A stretch of 20,000 bases of DNA from an uncultured virus (IMG/VR IMGVR_UViG_3300025333_000001). Lineage: Duplodnaviria > Heunggongvirae > Uroviricota > Caudoviricetes > Thumleimavirales > Hafunaviridae. The notes beneath the pieces are model-generated. The model saw only the letters and a program-made list of their open reading frames with translations, had not been told where the DNA came from and made no database searches. This document shows positions 16,977 to 20,000 of the stretch, in pieces. A program made the position numbers and the translations under genes. How positions within the stretch are numbered: the first letter of the stretch is position 1; every line of letters begins with the position of its first letter. Location of the stretch: the IMG/VR virus record IMGVR_UViG_3300025333_000001. One strand, 5' to 3'.

Positions 16977-17764
16977 GGTTCACCCCAGACAAACCCTTCG
17001 GCGTCCATCATCGGCTTAATGCTGTATTCGTATTGGTGCATCGGCGTTGTTTCCGAGCCGAGGACCCGAAGCCAGTGGTCGCCGCCTTCTAACTCGGCGT
17101 TGTGGTCGTAGCGAAGCCGCTTCAGGAACGAGTTGTGAAGTTTCACTGACGACCGATGCCACTCCTTGCGGCTTCGGGTGTTTTTCTGAAGCACGTCGTT
17201 CGACTCTTTCGATGGGCGAACTTCGTAGTCGAAAAACGATTTGTAGAACGTGAACTTTAGCATCTCGTCCCAGAGCTTCAGTCTCTCGTCGCGGTTGATG
17301 ACGCCGAACTTCTCGGCAAGCATCTGCCGCAGGGCGATTTTTCGCTCGAAATGCTGCGGGTGGTGGTAGGTGGTTCGCTCTGCTATATCGAGTTCGTGTT
17401 GAACTACGGTCTGCTGAAGCCACTCGGGAACAGCTTTGAGTTCGTACTCGATGCTGTTGATGTAGCGCAAAACGTCGGCGTTGCGGTTGCCACTGATGCC
17501 GGACGACACCCAGTCGAGCAAGAGGCTCCGAATCCCCTCGAACGCCTCATCATCGCTAACGGCGACGTTAACGAGCGTACCCCTCTTGATGCCGTTCTCC
17601 CCATCGAGACTCAGTACACCGCGAATTGCGTCTCTCTCCACCGGCTCAACGCCGCTTTCTGGCTCGCCTTCCAGCAACATTTGCGCCATGTCTCTCGCTC
17701 CGATGTGTTTCAGCACTTCGCCGACCATTTCCTCTGCTCGGATTCGTCGTGTATTTTGGTTCAT
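16973..17764 (-). CDS. Hypothetical protein (263 aa, MNQNTRR...)
   Basis: Start reassigned to the ATG behind the repeat leader. Confidence 0.75.
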   Translation of the reverse strand: MNQNTRRIRAEEMVGEVLKHIGARDMAQMLLEGEPESGVEPVERDAIRGVLSLDGENGIKRGTLVNVAVSDDEAFEGIRSLLLDWVSSGISGNRNADVLRYINSIEYELKAVPEWLQQTVVQHELDIAERTTYHHPQHFERKIALRQMLAEKFGVINRDERLKLWDEMLKFTFYKSFFDYEVRPSKESNDVLQKNTRSRKEWHRSSVKLHNSFLKRLRYDHNAELEGGDHWLRVLGSETTPMHQYEYSIKPMMDAEGFVWGEP

Positions 17765-17860
17765 AGGTTGTATCCCGGTCTTATATCGCGCCGTTCCGGG
17801 GTTGTGGCGCAAGAGTCGTCGGGGGGATTGCACCCCGAACCAGCGTGGTTACTGCGACTT
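17765..17860 (-). ncRNA. Module 8: mini-tRNA (17860-17813) plus pseudoknot, family A
   Basis: AAGTCGC AGT AACCA-CGC-TGGTT CGGGG TGCAATCC CCCCG ACGACTC, then the pseudoknot at 17812-17774. Confidence 0.75.
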
Positions 17861-17877
17861 GTCGTTGATGTTCACTG

Positions 17878-18195
17878 CTACACCAATTTGTCAAACACGA
17901 CTGGATCAACAGCCGCCCAATCATAGTCAGTCAGTTCGCGTGCAACCTCGTGGTTCCACGCGTAAAACGCATCGCAATCCTCTTCAGTCATGTTAAAGTC
18001 AGACACCCACTCATTCAGCTCATGCCCAGTGTGGTCGGCCACAACGATCACCTGATCGTCTTCGTAGACGACCTCAGCGTCAGTATGAGGATCTTTGCGG
18101 TATTCGTACTCAAACTCACCGAAGTGCTCGGCCATCGAGATTTTCATCGCCTCGCTTCGCGGATCGTCGGTGCTGATGAATCCTTGTGTGTTCAT
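17878..18195 (-). CDS. Hypothetical protein (105 aa, MNTQGFIS...), paralog of 9091..9576
   Basis: ATGA overlap with the upstream gene; very acidic. Confidence 0.75.
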   Translation of the reverse strand: MNTQGFISTDDPRSEAMKISMAEHFGEFEYEYRKDPHTDAEVVYEDDQVIVVADHTGHELNEWVSDFNMTEEDCDAFYAWNHEVARELTDYDWAAVDPVVFDKLV

Positions 18196-18452
18196 TGTCG
18201 GTTGTTTTGCTCCATCCATTCGCGGGCCGGTTCGGCGGCGTTTTCGGGTTTGAGACCGACTTCGACGTAGTCGATTACCTGATTGTCTTGATAGTAGTTT
18301 TCTGGGAGTGTCACTACGTTGTAACTACTCCTCCCTTCCCGCTCAATGGCAAGCACAAGGCCATCGCGTCGCCGCTGAAACGTCTGTCGCTGGTGGTCGA
18401 ACTCTGGTTCAATCTCGGTCCATCCGGCTGGGGGTTTGACTTGCTGGTTCAT
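18192..18452 (-). CDS. Hypothetical protein (86 aa, MNQQVKPPAGW...), copy 1
   Basis: Close paralog of 19654..19914; ATG behind the repeat leader. Confidence 0.8.
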   Translation of the reverse strand: MNQQVKPPAGWTEIEPEFDHQRQTFQRRRDGLVLAIEREGRSSYNVVTLPENYYQDNQVIDYVEVGLKPENAAEPAREWMEQNNRQ

Positions 18453-18548
18453 AGGCTGTATCCCGGTCTTATATTGCGCCGTTCCGGGGTTGTGGCGCAA
18501 AAGCCGTCGGGGAGATTGCACCCCGAACCAGCGTGATTACTGCGACTT
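18453..18548 (-). ncRNA. Module 9: mini-tRNA (18548-18501) plus pseudoknot, family A
   Basis: AAGTCGC AGT AATCA-CGC-TGGTT CGGGG TGCAATCT CCCCG ACGGCTT. Differences from module 8 preserve pairing. Confidence 0.75.
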
Positions 18549-18596
18549 GTGGTTGATGTTCACTGTCGGTTGTTTTGCTCCATCCGTCTGACTCAC

Positions 18597-19259
18597 CTAT
18601 ATCTCTCGGTTGATAGCTTCGCTGTGGTATGCCTCTCGGAACGCGGGCAACACATCCTCTTTATGGATATGATATCCGATATCGGTAGGTGTGGTGTCGT
18701 AAGGCGCGTAACCAGCCAATTGTTGCAGTTGTGGGGCGATATTGTTGATGTATTGCGCCGAATCGGTTGGGATTTCGTAATGTTCGTCTGGAGCGAACAC
18801 ATCGGTAGGAGCATAGTCCCGACCAATTTCCGCAGCGCGTTCGGCAGCCTTTTCGCCGATCTCTTCAATGGTGAGACAATCTGTGTCTGCAAAGCCGCCC
18901 AACTCCTCCGTCATACGCAGGCGGAAGCGCAATTCTGGGTCATACGACTTGTGGACGAGCAGATTCACGTTAAGCGGTTTTTCACAGTCCTCGCACACTG
19001 GCGCTGGATAATCCCATTCAGCATCACCGAAGATTGCGCCATTATCATTATCAGCTAATTCCTCATCAGTAGCACAGTTACCACAGATGATATCGCAGTC
19101 ATTGACCACGATCCCCGCAAGACCGTATGGGGCATATCCTGATGGTGTTTGCGATTTGAGGTTAGCATGGTCCTCGTACAGTGCTTCGGTCGAACTTACG
19201 ATGATTTCGTTGTTCAGGTCTTCGGCTCGCTGTCGTCGGGTTTGGGTGTCGTCACTCAT
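18597..19259 (-). CDS. Hypothetical acidic protein with CxxC..CxxC motif (220 aa)
   Basis: CGNC..CEDC; ATG behind the repeat leader. Confidence 0.75.
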   Translation of the reverse strand: MSDDTQTRRQRAEDLNNEIIVSSTEALYEDHANLKSQTPSGYAPYGLAGIVVNDCDIICGNCATDEELADNDNGAIFGDAEWDYPAPVCEDCEKPLNVNLLVHKSYDPELRFRLRMTEELGGFADTDCLTIEEIGEKAAERAAEIGRDYAPTDVFAPDEHYEIPTDSAQYINNIAPQLQQLAGYAPYDTTPTDIGYHIHKEDVLPAFREAYHSEAINREI

Positions 19260-19356
19260 GATTTGATTTCCCGGTCTTATATTGCGCCGTTCCGGGGTTG
19301 TGGCGCAAGAGTCGTCGGGGGGATTGCACCCCGAACCAGCGTGGTTACTGCGACTT
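19260..19356 (-). ncRNA. Module 10: mini-tRNA (19356-19309) plus pseudoknot, family A
   Basis: Nearly identical to module 8 over 19270-19358, with a different spacer to the ATG (AAATCAAATC). Confidence 0.75.
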
Positions 19357-19364
19357 GTGGTTGA

Positions 19365-19395
19365 AGGTTTAACCCGGTGGGGTTAAATCTTTGTG
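19365..19395 (-). promoter_or_regulatory. Putative BRE/TATA promoter inside an 11-bp inverted repeat
   Basis: Minus strand ACAAAGA TTTAAC, ~27 nt upstream of module 10; palindrome AGGTTTAACCC-GGTG-GGGTTAAATCT. Confidence 0.5.
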
Positions 19396-19414
19396 TCGTT
19401 ATTCGGTGACGGCG

Positions 19415-19657
19415 CTACAGGTGGTCCGGCTTTTCGACGGGTTCGATGTTTTTGACCACCGGAAGCACATCAGAGGCTGTTACCGTCACCTTCGTGATCA
19501 TCTTTCCGCCGGAAAGGTAGTGTTCGACCTCGATTCTGTCGGAGTCATCGGATTCGAGAACGTGAATGTGATCGATGTAGAAATCGCGGAGTTGGCCGTC
19601 TTTCCACAGTTTCCACTGCTGTCCGATCTCATACCACCCGGCAATGTCGTGTTTCAT
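19415..19657 (-). CDS. Hypothetical protein (80 aa, MKHDIAGW...)
   Basis: ATGA overlap with the upstream gene. Confidence 0.65.
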   Translation of the reverse strand: MKHDIAGWYEIGQQWKLWKDGQLRDFYIDHIHVLESDDSDRIEVEHYLSGGKMITKVTVTASDVLPVVKNIEPVEKPDHL

Positions 19658-19914
19658 TGTCGGTTGTTTTGCTCCATCCATTCGTGGGCTGTTTCGGCGG
19701 CGTCTTCGAGTTCGACACCGACTTCGATACAGCCGATCACCCGATTGTTTTGATAGTAGTTTTCAGGGAGTTTCACGACGTTGTATGCCGCGTGTAATTC
19801 CTGTTCGACACTCACCACAAGTCCGTCTCGTCGTCGCTGGAATGTCTGTCGCTGGAATTCGAACTCCGGTTCGATCTCGGTCCATCCGGCTGGGGGTTTG
19901 ACTTGCTGGTTCAT
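19654..19914 (-). CDS. Hypothetical protein (86 aa, MNQQVKPPAGW...), copy 2
   Basis: Same length as, and clearly similar to, 18192..18452. Confidence 0.8.
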   Translation of the reverse strand: MNQQVKPPAGWTEIEPEFEFQRQTFQRRRDGLVVSVEQELHAAYNVVKLPENYYQNNRVIGCIEVGVELEDAAETAHEWMEQNNRQ

Positions 19915-20000
19915 GAGTTGTAGACGAACCACTCGGTATCAATGAGAGGTCCAAGGTTGGTGTAGCGCAATTCGGGAGTGATGGTTATGTCTAACAGATC

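Noticed and set aside
17779..17787. ATATAAG in family A (ACATAAAA in family B) as a TATA box for the downstream gene
   Set aside because: Only ~15 nt from the ATG, too close even for a leaderless archaeal transcript. It is better explained as A-rich pseudoknot loop 3, though antisense promoter activity is not excluded.
16659..18521. Shared N-terminal peptide (..LRHNPGTARYKTGIQP) on three ORFs
   Set aside because: It is the translation of the non-coding repeat leader. The copy at 19260-19356 is not part of the ORF called there, and the true starts are the ATGs after the repeat.
16659..19356. CRISPR array or integron attC sites
   Set aside because: Repeats are ~95 bp and separated by whole genes. 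There are no cas or integrase genes and no attC core sites, and variation preserves G-U pairs, pointing to RNA structure.
5105..19356. Mini-tRNAs as att-site tRNA fragments or plain terminators
   Set aside because: att remnants keep only a tRNA 3' half, whereas these have a complementary 5' acceptor strand 8-16 nt upstream. They also lack downstream U-tracts.

Overview
Haloarchaeal mobile DNA (acidic proteins, archaeal-type tRNAs and promoters), most likely a tailed halovirus or provirus. The left end is a minus-strand RNA cluster: the 5' end of tRNA-Gln, a phage Dam-type methyltransferase, tRNA-Cys(GCA), and an ORF-free ~480-nt structured region with an aberrant tRNA-like domain. Next come a zinc-finger gene, a free-standing LAGLIDADG gene lacking its catalytic acid, a repeat-rich candidate origin, a cyclin/TFIIB-like gene and an ERCC4 nuclease. 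From 4.2 to 20 kb is a minus-strand accessory gene run (DUF932-like, dCTP deaminase/dUTPase, cold-shock fusion, GHKL ATPase, many hypotheticals), interrupted by an inverted two-methyltransferase cassette. Main finding: ten intergenic regions of this run carry the same bipartite RNA module despite divergent sequence. Each has a 39-48 nt mini-tRNA (acceptor stem plus T-arm), then an H-type pseudoknot (7 of 10) or hairpin (3 of 10) ending in GGG about 6-12 nt before the ATG. I infer a tRNA-punctuation system for mRNA processing and 5'-end protection whose units also act as recombination joints for gene cassettes. All structures were folded by eye and no database searches were run.
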